Source: Faecousia sp.
GTDB lineage: Bacteria; Bacillota; Clostridia; Oscillospirales; Oscillospiraceae
NCBI GenBank assembly: GCA_045659585.1
Contig: JAZOXB010000027.1
Coordinates: 1 to 52,510, forward strand
DNA length: 52,510 bases
Direction: 5' to 3'
Below are positions 27,626 through 37,018 of the stretch, piece after piece. Position numbers and translations under genes: made by a program. Positions within the stretch are counted from its first letter, which is position 1. The number at the start of each line of letters is the position of its first letter. The notes beneath the pieces were generated by a model that did not search any database, had not been told where the DNA came from, and saw only the letters and a program-made list of their open reading frames with translations.

Positions 27626-29127
27626 AACATTCAAGAGGGTTTGGAGTGCTGTTATCCTACATAAATAAGTTTCTGACTATGATATGTGGTATTGTCCTGT
27701 CTACATTTCTAATTCGGACGCTTGGGGATACAGAATATGGTTTATATCAGACTATTTCGTCTTTTGCTAATTATCTTGTGCTATTCGAGTTCGGTGTAGG
27801 TACGGTAATGACTCGCAATATTTCTGTTTGCAGAGCGAAAGGAACGGAAGAGGAACTGAAAAAACATGTATCAACTATTTGGTATATGAGTCTGTTTCTT
27901 TCGGCAGTCATTGCATTGGTTTCAGTTGCGTTTTACTGCAATATCGCGAACATATACTCAAACTCTATGACTTTGGCGCAAGTTCAGGTTGCGAAAAAGA
28001 TTTTTATTTTCGTTACTTTGCATTTGGTGTTATCTTTCTTGCTTCAGGTTTTAGACGGACTACTTCTTGGTTATGAAAACTACTCTTTCACAAAGACGAT
28101 AAGTATTATCAGAACGATTTCTAAGCTTGTAATTTTATTAGTTTTGATTTCTTTCCGCAAATCAGCAGTACTTATTGCCGTGGTTGATGCAATTCTCGGA
28201 GTTATAGTGTTTACAACGACTTGGAGCTACATTAAGATAAAATTCGGCGTTCATTTTCGGATTTCAAGTTTTGATTTTTCGATTCTTAAAGGTGCAACTC
28301 CTCTCTGCATAGCGTTACTGCTACAGACTGTAGTCAATCAAGCGAATAATAATGTAGATAAGTTTATTATTGGTATCTGTTTGTCCTTGGAGAGCGTTAC
28401 TCTTTATTCCATTGCGCAATACATTTTCGGCATATTTGCATCTATGGCGATTATTCCTATAGGCATGTATTTACCCCAAGTTTCCAAGGATATTTCAAAC
28501 GGGATGAAGGAAGAAGCGCTGACCAGAACGATGTCATATCCTTGCCGTTTGTCCGGAATGATAGGGGGCATTATTCTATTTGGCTTTGTGGCAGTCGGAA
28601 AACCATTTATTCGTTTGCTTTATGGGCCGGGATATGAGTTAGCTTATTACTATACGATTATTCTTATGATTCCGTCCTATCTGAACCTTACAATTGGTAC
28701 TGTCCAAAATGTCCTCAATGTATTAAATAAGAGAATGGTTCGTTCCCTGATTCTACTGGGAACAACAGTACTTAACATCCTGTTTACTATTTTGGTCATA
28801 GGTCGATATGGCATATTGGGAGCTGTTATAGTTACTGCAATTTGCACAATGCTTGGTCCTGTGTTCTTGGTAAATATCTATTATAGAAAACATTTAGGAA
28901 TTCGGGTAGGCTATCTCTACAGAGAGGCATATCGCGGGATATTGAGCTTTTTGATCATAGGATCTATTGCCGGTGCTCTTATCTGTTCCTATGTAAGCAA
29001 TGCGCTTCTCGCTTTTGTTTTGGGAGGATTTGCATTTGTCATTATTAGTGGAATTTTGATCTATTGTTTTGGCTTAGATAAATCAGAAATAGCAAAAGTA
29101 CGCAAATTCCTCGATAGAAAACGATAA
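27622..29127 (+). CDS. Wzx-type oligosaccharide flippase (MOP family)
   Basis: Many TM helices; LG..EYGLY, FEFGVG and VDKFII motifs. Confidence 0.88.
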   Translation: MKHSRGFGVLLSYINKFLTMICGIVLSTFLIRTLGDTEYGLYQTISSFANYLVLFEFGVGTVMTRNISVCRAKGTEEELKKHVSTIWYMSLFLSAVIALVSVAFYCNIANIYSNSMTLAQVQVAKKIFIFVTLHLVLSFLLQVLDGLLLGYENYSFTKTISIIRTISKLVILLVLISFRKSAVLIAVVDAILGVIVFTTTWSYIKIKFGVHFRISSFDFSILKGATPLCIALLLQTVVNQANNNVDKFIIGICLSLESVTLYSIAQYIFGIFASMAIIPIGMYLPQVSKDISNGMKEEALTRTMSYPCRLSGMIGGIILFGFVAVGKPFIRLLYGPGYELAYYYTIILMIPSYLNLTIGTVQNVLNVLNKRMVRSLILLGTTVLNILFTILVIGRYGILGAVIVTAICTMLGPVFLVNIYYRKHLGIRVGYLYREAYRGILSFLIIGSIAGALICSYVSNALLAFVLGGFAFVIISGILIYCFGLDKSEIAKVRKFLDRKR

Positions 29128-29254
29128 GTTGTTTAAATGCTGAGTTTAGTGTACGAATGGTAAAAAAGTGAAAAGTCAGATTTTGCTATTCAGCTTGATA
29201 TTGGAATAGGCTTGGGATGAAATTTGTTTCGGTTTGAGAGGAAAATTATAAACT

Positions 29255-30274
29255 ATGAAGACAAATACTAAGAAAAATGAATTTGTATTTATTCATTTTG
29301 CAAGGTATATTGCAGCATTTGCAGTTGTATTATTTCATGTGATCGGCGGAATGTGGACGAATGATCCAAACGCGGATCCGGCTTTTGATAAGACGGTTGA
29401 TTTGTTGCGGTTGCTGCTACAATGGCATGTTCCTGTTTTTTATATTATCACCGGATACATCTGGCTTAACAAGGAGAAAGAATGCACCTACCGAATTGTA
29501 TTTCCGCATGTCATTCGTTTGGTAACTGCTCTTGTGGTTTTTGGATTTACCTACTCTTTGATGGAGCAATTTTTTGAATATCGCATTTTTGAGTTTAGAT
29601 TTATAATCCGAGCTTTCCTTGATTTGATTACTGGAGAACTGTGGGATCACATGTGGTATATGTATTCTGTTATCGGATTATATTTACTTCTTCCTCTCAT
29701 CAAACCTTTTTTCGATTTTCAATCAACGAAAAATGTTTGCATTGCAACGGCAGTGATATTCCTGTTTGCACGGCTGATCCCGTCTGCATTTGAAAGTTTT
29801 GGACGGTTTGCTCCTTTCCAGTTCCCAATTGAAAGAGTCTCCTTCTTTTACCTGATGATTGGCGGGTTGGTTAGTAGGGGGAAATTCAGCTCCAAGCAAT
29901 CTATGTGTTTTGTAGGTGCGTTTCTTGGAAGCTCTGTGCTCCTTTCTATGAACCATCTTTTGGACTGGAATCTTGTCATTATATCAAATGTATGTGTAAC
30001 CCTCGGAGCGGTCTTTATCTTTTGCTTCTTCGCCGCAGCACCATGTTTCAATCGTGAGAATGCTGTGATAAAGTCGGTATCGAAATGCACTTTTGGTATT
30101 TACTTGATTCATCCTGTTTTTATCAATTTGATTACTAAGCTTTTACATTTTTATCCTTATCAGCATTATCCGTTTGTGAGTATTCCGATGATTGCCATTG
30201 CCATATTCGCTGTTTCATGGGGAACTGTATTTGTCTTGCGTAAAATCCCAATAATCAAGAATCGTCTTCTTTGA
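29255..30274 (+). CDS. Membrane acyltransferase (Acyl_transf_3), likely polysaccharide O-acetylation
   Basis: ARYIAAFAVVLFH, VPVFYIITG, HMWYM and FGIYLIHP motifs. Confidence 0.88.
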   Translation: MKTNTKKNEFVFIHFARYIAAFAVVLFHVIGGMWTNDPNADPAFDKTVDLLRLLLQWHVPVFYIITGYIWLNKEKECTYRIVFPHVIRLVTALVVFGFTYSLMEQFFEYRIFEFRFIIRAFLDLITGELWDHMWYMYSVIGLYLLLPLIKPFFDFQSTKNVCIATAVIFLFARLIPSAFESFGRFAPFQFPIERVSFFYLMIGGLVSRGKFSSKQSMCFVGAFLGSSVLLSMNHLLDWNLVIISNVCVTLGAVFIFCFFAAAPCFNRENAVIKSVSKCTFGIYLIHPVFINLITKLLHFYPYQHYPFVSIPMIAIAIFAVSWGTVFVLRKIPIIKNRLL

Positions 30275-30320
30275 TGTATTAGATAGAATTATTTAAAAAA
30301 TTGCGAAGGACCGGTACGTT

Positions 30321-31166
30321 ATGAAGAAACTCATTTTGGCTATTCTTATTATTTTGGTGGCTATAATACTTGTTTCAAGCATTATGGTAATGCGGTATTT
30401 TCTTCAGGCAAGCGAATCTGAATCTGATTTTTCGGATCTTGAGCAATTGATTGTACGCCCTACAACGATTTTAATTCCTGATGCTACAGAAGATATATCC
30501 GGTAAACGAGAGGAATCAAAAGAGTATTCTCATGGCGTTATTGAGAATCAGGAACCTATCAATGAACCTACAGAACATACGGAATCTCCCGAAGCGTCCC
30601 TTGCTTATGAGGCTTATTATACGATTTATGAGCTGAATAATGATTTTGTAGGATGGATTTCGATTGAAGGCACAAAATTAAACTATCCTGTTATGCATAC
30701 TCCCAAGACCCCGGAATATTACTTGAAACGGGATTTTGATAAGAATTACAGTGACTATGGAGTACCTTTTTTAGATAGTCGGTGTAAGCTTGGAGAGTGT
30801 GATAATTTGATCATTTATGGTCATAATATGAAAAATGGATCTATGTTCCATGCTTTGGTGAATTATCAATCAGAATCCTATTATAAAGAACACCCGATTG
30901 TATTATTTGACACTATGGATGATTTTGGAGAATACCAAATCATTGCGGCTTTTTCTATGGATGTGAAAACCGAGGACTTTAATTTTTCTCAGTTCGTAAA
31001 CATGGATCAGGAACGATTTGACTATTTCATTTCCGAGATTCGAAGCCGCAGTTTTTACGATACCGGAGTTGAGGTATCTTATGGAGATCGTCTTTTGACA
31101 CTCTCAACCTGCGAATATACCCATAATAACGGCCGATTTGTGATCGTTGCCAAAAAGATCGGCTAA
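30321..31166 (+). CDS. srtB: Class B sortase
   Basis: N-terminal TM anchor, VGWISIEGT.LNYPV, IIYGHNMKNGSMF, catalytic TLSTC and downstream GRFVI. Confidence 0.93.
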   Translation: MKKLILAILIILVAIILVSSIMVMRYFLQASESESDFSDLEQLIVRPTTILIPDATEDISGKREESKEYSHGVIENQEPINEPTEHTESPEASLAYEAYYTIYELNNDFVGWISIEGTKLNYPVMHTPKTPEYYLKRDFDKNYSDYGVPFLDSRCKLGECDNLIIYGHNMKNGSMFHALVNYQSESYYKEHPIVLFDTMDDFGEYQIIAAFSMDVKTEDFNFSQFVNMDQERFDYFISEIRSRSFYDTGVEVSYGDRLLTLSTCEYTHNNGRFVIVAKKIG

Positions 31167-31214
31167 AATATCTTATGCTCATTACACAGAATATTGCGTT
31201 CCTAAATCGATACC

Positions 31215-31285
31215 GTAAGCGGAAAATCTGATAGCGGTAGGCACTACGATCATTCGTGCCTACCGCTATCAGATTTTATGCTTAC
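31215..31285. terminator. Long inverted repeat at the end of the polysaccharide operon, probable terminator
   Basis: 22-bp perfect stem 31223-31244 / 31256-31277, extended by GTAAGC/GCTTAC. Confidence 0.7.
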
Positions 31286-31344
31286 CTTCGAGTCTTTATT
31301 GGATTAAGACTTGCAGGTTTATTGCGTATTTTGAGGAAATGACG

Positions 31345-31372
31345 AACCGATGGATCATTCCTTGCATAGGAT
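31345..31372 (+). promoter_or_regulatory. Candidate SigK/SigE-type promoter of cotJ
   Basis: aACc-16 nt-CATAGGAT upstream of spore coat genes. Confidence 0.5.
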
Positions 31373-31407
31373 GGTTCGGGGCGTAGGTCCCGAAAGGAGG
31401 AATTCAT

Positions 31408-31965
31408 TTGGAAATGCGAGTGCAGAATCGTACCTGTAGCCGATGGGATAAACAGAATACTACGGGAGATGATCGGGAATTTATGGAACGCGTATCCGAT
31501 AACGGTGTAATGAAGAGAATGGATATGCCATCGGATGATGAAATGTGGCGGGAAGGTGTATTACCTCCCACGGCACCCTTGGCGAATCCCTATGTGCCCT
31601 TTCAGAGGGAAAATCCCCCTACCTACGAGCCAAGAAATGGCGTAGTTAGAGGTACTTTGTTTCCCGGGCTGGATCTGCCGTATAGAGGGATGATCAACAA
31701 GGAACCCTTGTCTCTAACACATCTTCATGAATTGCAGACATTATCATTTGCGATTACGGAATTGGGAGAATATCTGGATACTCACAGCAGCGATAAGAAC
31801 GTTTTCCGACTGTATCAAAACTATGTCCGTATGTATAAAGAGGGGAGAGCACGATATGAGTCCATGCATGGCCCCCTCACTCAAAAAGAAACGGCGGATC
31901 GAGATTCTTATACCTGGCTTAAGGATCCCTGGCCCTGGGATTACGAAGCAAACAAGGAGGGCTGA
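31408..31965 (+). CDS. Fused CotJA-CotJB spore coat protein
   Basis: AAAGGAGG RBS before TTG; CotJA-like LANPYVPFQ..GTLFPGL followed by CotJB-like YLDTH..GPL..PWPW. Confidence 0.85.
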   Translation: MEMRVQNRTCSRWDKQNTTGDDREFMERVSDNGVMKRMDMPSDDEMWREGVLPPTAPLANPYVPFQRENPPTYEPRNGVVRGTLFPGLDLPYRGMINKEPLSLTHLHELQTLSFAITELGEYLDTHSSDKNVFRLYQNYVRMYKEGRARYESMHGPLTQKETADRDSYTWLKDPWPWDYEANKEG

Positions 31966-31967
31966 GT

Positions 31968-32561
31968 ATGTTTGTATATGAAAAGAAACTACAATACCCT
32001 GTGAAGATCACAAACTGCAATCCTAAGTTGGCGAGTATTGTGATCAGTCAATACGGCGGACCCGATGGGGAATTAGGTGCGTCTTTGCGATATTTGAGTC
32101 AGCGGTATTCTATGCCTTATCCTGAGTTGAAAGGGTTATTAACGGACATTGGGACCGAGGAACTGGGGCACTTAGAGATGGTGGGCACCATTGTACACCA
32201 GCTTACCAGAAAGCTGACAGATGATCAAAGAAAGGAAGCCGGATTTGCCCCCTATTTTGTGGATCATACTCAGGCGGTATACCCTCAAGCAGCGGCAGGT
32301 GTGCCTTGGTCGGCAGCAATGATGCAGGTAAAAGGGGATCCTATTACAGATCTGGCAGAGGATATGGGGGCGGAGCAAAAGGCGAGAACCACCTATGACA
32401 ATATACTCAGGCTTTCCGACGACCCCGATGTAAACGATGTGATCAAGTTCCTGAGAGCACGAGAAATCGTTCATTTCCAGCGCTTCGGTGAGGCAATGGA
32501 AAAGTTGAGAGAAAATCTGAACCGAAAGAACATTTACTATATGAATCCGGCGGCTAAGTAA
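31968..32561 (+). CDS. cotJC: Spore coat protein CotJC (manganese catalase family)
   Basis: MFVYEKKLQYPV, QYGGPDGEL, DIGTEELGHLEM and REIVHFQRF motifs. Confidence 0.95.
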   Translation: MFVYEKKLQYPVKITNCNPKLASIVISQYGGPDGELGASLRYLSQRYSMPYPELKGLLTDIGTEELGHLEMVGTIVHQLTRKLTDDQRKEAGFAPYFVDHTQAVYPQAAAGVPWSAAMMQVKGDPITDLAEDMGAEQKARTTYDNILRLSDDPDVNDVIKFLRAREIVHFQRFGEAMEKLRENLNRKNIYYMNPAAK

Positions 32562-32565
32562 TCGC

Positions 32566-32617
32566 AGAAAAAGGGATCCCCTTGCGGAATGAGAACCGCA
32601 AGGGGATCTGTCGTTTC
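32566..32617. terminator. Terminator between convergent cotJC and ddh
   Basis: GATCCCCTTGCGG / CCGCAAGGGGATC 13-bp stem, with an A tract on the left side. Confidence 0.7.
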
Positions 32618-33601
32618 TTACAGATATTGAGCCAAAAGCTCCTCTCGGGAATAAGGGCTGAGATCGGCGGGCACAATATCAAACATGGTATAGCAACCTC
32701 TACAGCCCCGTTCGGCCATACGCATTGCGGCGCGAGCACAGGCCAACAGAACCGATGCGGTAAACTCCGGATTGGAGTCAAGAGACAGTGTATATTCGAT
32801 ACGCTGAATATGGTCTCGATCCTGACCGGTTACACCTGTACAAATCACATGACCACCGTGGGGGAGCCCACTGTGATTCAGAAGCATCTCTTCTTGGGCG
32901 ATAAAGGTGACTGTTGTATCGTAGTCGGCAAAGTAGTTGGGCATTGATTTGATCTCGGATTCAATACGAGATAGATCTGCACCTTCGTGAGGTACTACGA
33001 AGCAATGACGAGTGTGCTTTTCCCGTGTAGTAAGCGCAGGAGACTTGCCACTACGAACAGCATCCAATGCTTCGGGAATGGGGATTGTATACTGTCTGCA
33101 ATCGGCAACACCTTCAATTCTACGGACAGCGTCGGAATGTCCCTGGCTGACACCGCGACCCCAGAACGTGTAGGTAGTGCTCCGGGGAAGAATAGCGGAA
33201 GCGTAGATCCTGTTGAGAGAGAAGAGACCGGGATCCCAACCTCCGGAGATCACGGCAATATGGTTGGAGGCTTTGGCGACGGCTTCTACACGGGCATAAT
33301 GCTCGGGGATCTTGGCATGGGTGTCAAAGCTGTCAATTACATGGAAATGCTCTGCAAGTTCCGGGGTCATGGTAGGTAGATCTGAGGCGCTTCCGCCACA
33401 GAGCAGGAGAACCTGAATACGATCCTTCCACTGCTCGATTTGGGAAAGGTGAACTACCGGAACATTGGGAGACGCGATTCTAAGGGATCCGGGATTTCTA
33501 CGGGTAAATACCGCAACGAGCTCCATATCGGGATTTTGAGAAATGGCGGATTCGGCACCCTTAGCAAGGTTACCGTAACCTACGATTGCGATTTTTATCA
33601 T
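32618..33601 (-). CDS. ddh: meso-diaminopimelate D-dehydrogenase
   Basis: IAIVGYGNL, DSFDTHA, GWDPGLFS, FWGRGVSQGHSDA and SNPEFT motifs; GAGGT RBS supports the start at 33601. Confidence 0.95.
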   Translation of the reverse strand: MIKIAIVGYGNLAKGAESAISQNPDMELVAVFTRRNPGSLRIASPNVPVVHLSQIEQWKDRIQVLLLCGGSASDLPTMTPELAEHFHVIDSFDTHAKIPEHYARVEAVAKASNHIAVISGGWDPGLFSLNRIYASAILPRSTTYTFWGRGVSQGHSDAVRRIEGVADCRQYTIPIPEALDAVRSGKSPALTTREKHTRHCFVVPHEGADLSRIESEIKSMPNYFADYDTTVTFIAQEEMLLNHSGLPHGGHVICTGVTGQDRDHIQRIEYTLSLDSNPEFTASVLLACARAAMRMAERGCRGCYTMFDIVPADLSPYSREELLAQYL

Positions 33602-33676
33602 TATTACAACCTCTTTCGGCATCAAATTCTGAACAGACCGGGGAGGTATACAGTATACCGACGATCCTTGCATAAA

Positions 33677-33705
33677 AATCTATCATAATCATTACAAAAT
33701 GTCAA
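33677..33705 (-). promoter_or_regulatory. SigA-type promoter of ddh
   Basis: Minus strand reads TTGACA-17 nt-TAGATT with TG extension. Confidence 0.55.
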
Positions 33706-33825
33706 CAAAAATATAAATTTTTTGCGAAATCTTTGGCAGAATTAATAAAATTGCCATTACAAACCAATCGGTTTTGTCTAAAAATTAAAAAGTTCAAAAA
33801 TTATTAATAAAACTAAAATTAATGC

Positions 33826-33854
33826 TTGCAAAATCTTGCATTTTGGTATATAAT
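33826..33854 (+). promoter_or_regulatory. SigA-type promoter of the Cys-containing peptide gene
   Basis: TTGCAA-17 nt-TATAAT preceded by an AT-rich UP-like region. Confidence 0.7.
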
Positions 33855-33975
33855 TCAACATGTATTATTATGGGTGGCTTATTGCGTTACATATTGTGTT
33901 CTGAGGAATTTTGCTCAATGCAATTTCAGCCTAATGATTTTATTAGAGGATGACATTGGAGAGGTGTATACCATA

Positions 33976-34254
33976 ATGAAAAGACTTTATTCTTGCCCGA
34001 GAATTGTATTTGAGTCTTATCAGTTAGATGCGGCTATTGCGGTTAAGTGTAGTGTACCTATCGGAAATACTACCTACCAGTGCAGTGTAGACTTGAGTGG
34101 TGGCGGTAAGTACGGCTACGGTGGCGGTGGCGAGTTTTTCAATTATTACAACTGCCAGACAGACTTGGTTGGGGATGGTCCCGATAATGAGTCCGTGTGC
34201 TATCATGGTCCTCATTCTACCTTTAATATCTACGAGATTTTCTTGAATTCCTGA
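33976..34254 (+). CDS. 92-aa Cys/Gly/Tyr-rich RiPP-precursor-like peptide
   Basis: GAGGTG RBS before the ATG at 33976; MKRLYSCPRIVFESYQLDAAIAVKC leader-like N-terminus; C-terminal CYHGP...FLNS; own promoter and terminator. Confidence 0.7.
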   Translation: MKRLYSCPRIVFESYQLDAAIAVKCSVPIGNTTYQCSVDLSGGGKYGYGGGGEFFNYYNCQTDLVGDGPDNESVCYHGPHSTFNIYEIFLNS

Positions 34255-34276
34255 TTGGGAACGTATATTCGTTATA

Positions 34277-34370
34277 GATGCTACAAGAGTATTTTTTTCT
34301 TGTAGCATCGTTTTTATCTCAGTATAGAGAGAAACTGCCTTGTGACCATTACGATCACAAGGCAGTTTTT
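34277..34370. terminator. Two terminator hairpins between the convergent peptide gene and the pseudogene
   Basis: GATGCTACAAGA/TCTTGTAGCATC plus T tract at 34277-34315; AAACTGCCTTGTGA/TCACAAGGCAGTTT at 34332-34368. Confidence 0.75.
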
Positions 34371-34400
34371 ACGGTTTATAGGTGATTTTGGATCTATCTG

Positions 34401-35113
34401 TTATCCCAAGAAATAGAGTTTGGCACTGTCGCTATATGCCAACAGGGCTTTACAAAGGATCCCGAGATTTCCGGTCTTATTGGCGCAGTAGGTATCTGCA
34501 CTGTAAGAACAGGGTTGCGGAGATCGGAGTGCCTTCGTAATAAATCCGGGCAGTGACAGTATTCCGGAGTTCGGCAGCCAAGAGACCGGCGAAGGAGAAT
34601 GCATAACGCCCTGCGGTCGAGCTATAGGCCTCGGCACCAATAACAGTTGCTTCCTTATGTGCTCCGTTTCGGTCATTGTAGCTGATCTTTAAGATAAGGG
34701 CGGAGGGATCGATTTCGCTATCTGTCAGTTCAAAGGGCAGGACGAGCGGAAAGGGACTGAAAGCAGATTTTATAGGACTTTGCGCTGTCCAGTGCATCCA
34801 TAGGAACGGTGACTTTATGGTACTTGCTGTTCCATCGCATAAGACCGTTCTGAGAATCGTTGTACTTTACACCATTGATCTCTACCCAAGCCAAACCGGT
34901 AGCATTGGTAGCAAAGGCAATCTGGTAGGTATCTTCTACCATGAAGACAACGGGATGAGTGGTGTAGGGAGAAGAAATGGCAGGGACGGAAACAGCTGCG
35001 ATCGTTTCTTCTTGAGTCTGAACTTTTGCTGCCTCTACCGGGGAAATCGGGAAAGCAGATAAAAGCATGACCAAAGTGAGTAAGTATGTAAGAGCTTTGT
35101 TCCACATTGACAT
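34401..35113 (-). pseudogene. Internally deleted and frameshifted secreted protein: metallophosphoesterase-type N-terminal region joined to a C-terminal module
   Basis: AGGAGGT RBS and signal peptide; the reading frame changes near 34736 and again near 34506; the stitched C-terminus aligns with the end of the 37019-42931 protein. Confidence 0.75.
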
Positions 35114-35318
35114 TTTTTATACCTCCTAATATTGTTTTTTTAATTTGTAACATAGGATTCATGAATTTACAACGGTTTGCCATAGATCTACAACAAGGTT
35201 TGAGATAAAATTTTACAAATTAGAGAATTGGGTATAGACTATTTCTCCCGGATAGGGTATACTGTATTTAATTCTGCCTTATTGTGTATAGGACGATTGA
35301 GAGAGAGGAGTGGGTACT

Positions 35319-36854
35319 ATGGGTAGAGAAGCAGGTGTCTTGCTACCTGTGTTTAGTTTGCCCTCAAAATACGGAATCGGATGCTTTGACGAAGCGGCTT
35401 ATGAATTTGTGGATTTTTTGGCAAGAACTGGACAAAGCTATTGGCAGATCCTGCCCTTAGGCTCTGCAAGTCATGAGGGAGCATATGATTCACCTTATCA
35501 AGCTTATTCGGCATTTGGAGGGAACCCATATTTTATCAGCTTGGATGCATTGATCCGAGAGGGGACTTTGACACAAGAGGAATGTGATGCTTTGGACTTT
35601 GGCTCCGAGCCTGCCAAAGTGGATTACGATCTCCTGTTCCAAAATCGCTTGCCCCTTTTACGGAAAGCTTATGAGCGTAGCTCCGTTACCACCATACAGG
35701 CCTATGTAGACTTTGAACGGAAGAATTACTGGTGGTTGGATGATTACGCGCTCTTTATGGCGGTAAAAACCTTCTTTGGTGGTGCGAGTTGGGCTCAGTG
35801 GCCGGAAGATATCCGTATGCGTTACGGTTATGCTCTGGATTATTACCGTGAAAAGCTGTATTTTGAGATCGAGTTCCACAAGTATCTGCAATTTAAATTC
35901 TATGAGCAGTGGAGCAAGTTGAAGGCCTATGCCAATGAGAAGCACATTCGTATTGTAGGAGATATTCCCATTTATGTGTCTTTGGACGGTGTGGATGTAT
36001 GGGCTCACCCTGAAATGTTCCAACTGAACGAAAAGAATATTCCTACCCAAATTGCCGGTTGTCCTCCGGATCAGTTCAGTGAGGATGGGCAGGTGTGGGG
36101 AAATCCCTTGTACCGATGGGAATATCACAAAGAACATAATTACCATTGGTGGGTCACTCGGATGTGGTATAGCTTCCAACTCTATGATGTGGTACGGATC
36201 GACCATTTCCGAGGCTTCGATGAATATTTTTCCATTCCTGCGGATAGCCAAAAGGCTACAGCCGGCTGTTGGGAAAAGGGCCCCGGGATGGAGTTGTTCA
36301 ATGAGCTTCGCAGACAGCTTGGAGAGCGGGATATCGTTGCTGAGGATCTGGGTTATATGACAGACTCTGTTCGTGCCTTGGTTTGTGACAGCGGATTCCC
36401 TAACATGAAGGTACTGCAATTTGCCTTTGATCCCAAAGATAAGGGGTGGGGTAATGAGCATCTTCCCAATTACTATCTTCCCAATTCCGTGGTGTATACC
36501 GGCACCCATGACAATGATACTCTCATTGGATGGGTATCCTCTCTCAGTGGAGAGGAAAAAAGCCATATTCTGAACTATTTGGGGGATAGTCGAGCTTCTG
36601 CAAAGAATCTTGGAAAGAAGCTCCTTCGCTTAGCCCTTATGAGTTGCCCTCGGATCTGCATCGTTCCCATTCAGGATTGGATGGGTTTGGATGGAGCTTG
36701 CCGTGTCAATACACCCGGTACCGTAGGGAAGAACTGGGGCTGGAGACTTCTGCCGGGGCAATACAGCAGTGAATTGGAGACCGAAATGATCCACCTGACA
36801 AAGTGCTATGGCAGACTGAATTGGCAGGCCCTTGAGGCTGTGTCTCCCGAATAA
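35319..36854 (+). CDS. malQ: 4-alpha-glucanotransferase (GH77)
   Basis: WQILPL, SPYQAYSAFGGNP, GDIPIYV, WGNPLY, RIDHFRG, AEDLG and YTGTHDNDT motifs. Confidence 0.96.
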   Translation: MGREAGVLLPVFSLPSKYGIGCFDEAAYEFVDFLARTGQSYWQILPLGSASHEGAYDSPYQAYSAFGGNPYFISLDALIREGTLTQEECDALDFGSEPAKVDYDLLFQNRLPLLRKAYERSSVTTIQAYVDFERKNYWWLDDYALFMAVKTFFGGASWAQWPEDIRMRYGYALDYYREKLYFEIEFHKYLQFKFYEQWSKLKAYANEKHIRIVGDIPIYVSLDGVDVWAHPEMFQLNEKNIPTQIAGCPPDQFSEDGQVWGNPLYRWEYHKEHNYHWWVTRMWYSFQLYDVVRIDHFRGFDEYFSIPADSQKATAGCWEKGPGMELFNELRRQLGERDIVAEDLGYMTDSVRALVCDSGFPNMKVLQFAFDPKDKGWGNEHLPNYYLPNSVVYTGTHDNDTLIGWVSSLSGEEKSHILNYLGDSRASAKNLGKKLLRLALMSCPRICIVPIQDWMGLDGACRVNTPGTVGKNWGWRLLPGQYSSELETEMIHLTKCYGRLNWQALEAVSPE

Positions 36855-36895
36855 GAAAAATCCTTATTGTACGAACTGTAATTTGGATAATTTAT

Positions 36896-36924
36896 TTGAC
36901 AAATTTCTTATTATGAAGTAAACT
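36896..36924 (+). promoter_or_regulatory. SigA-type promoter of the triple-GHL10 gene
   Basis: TTGACA-17 nt-TAAACT. Confidence 0.6.
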
Positions 36925-37018
36925 GAATACTAGAAAAAATATTCGAATCGTATCCTTTCGCTCCCTTGCCCGGGGAGCGTGATGATAGAAAAATTTGGAA
37001 AAGCAAAGGAGAAATGCT

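Noticed and set aside
31232-31244. ops/JUMPstart-like GCGGTAG
   Set aside because: It lies at the 3' end of the operon inside an inverted repeat rather than in the leader, and no NusG paralogue is in the window
33602-33676. Lysine riboswitch upstream of ddh
   Set aside because: The leader is far too short for the L-box and lacks its conserved motifs
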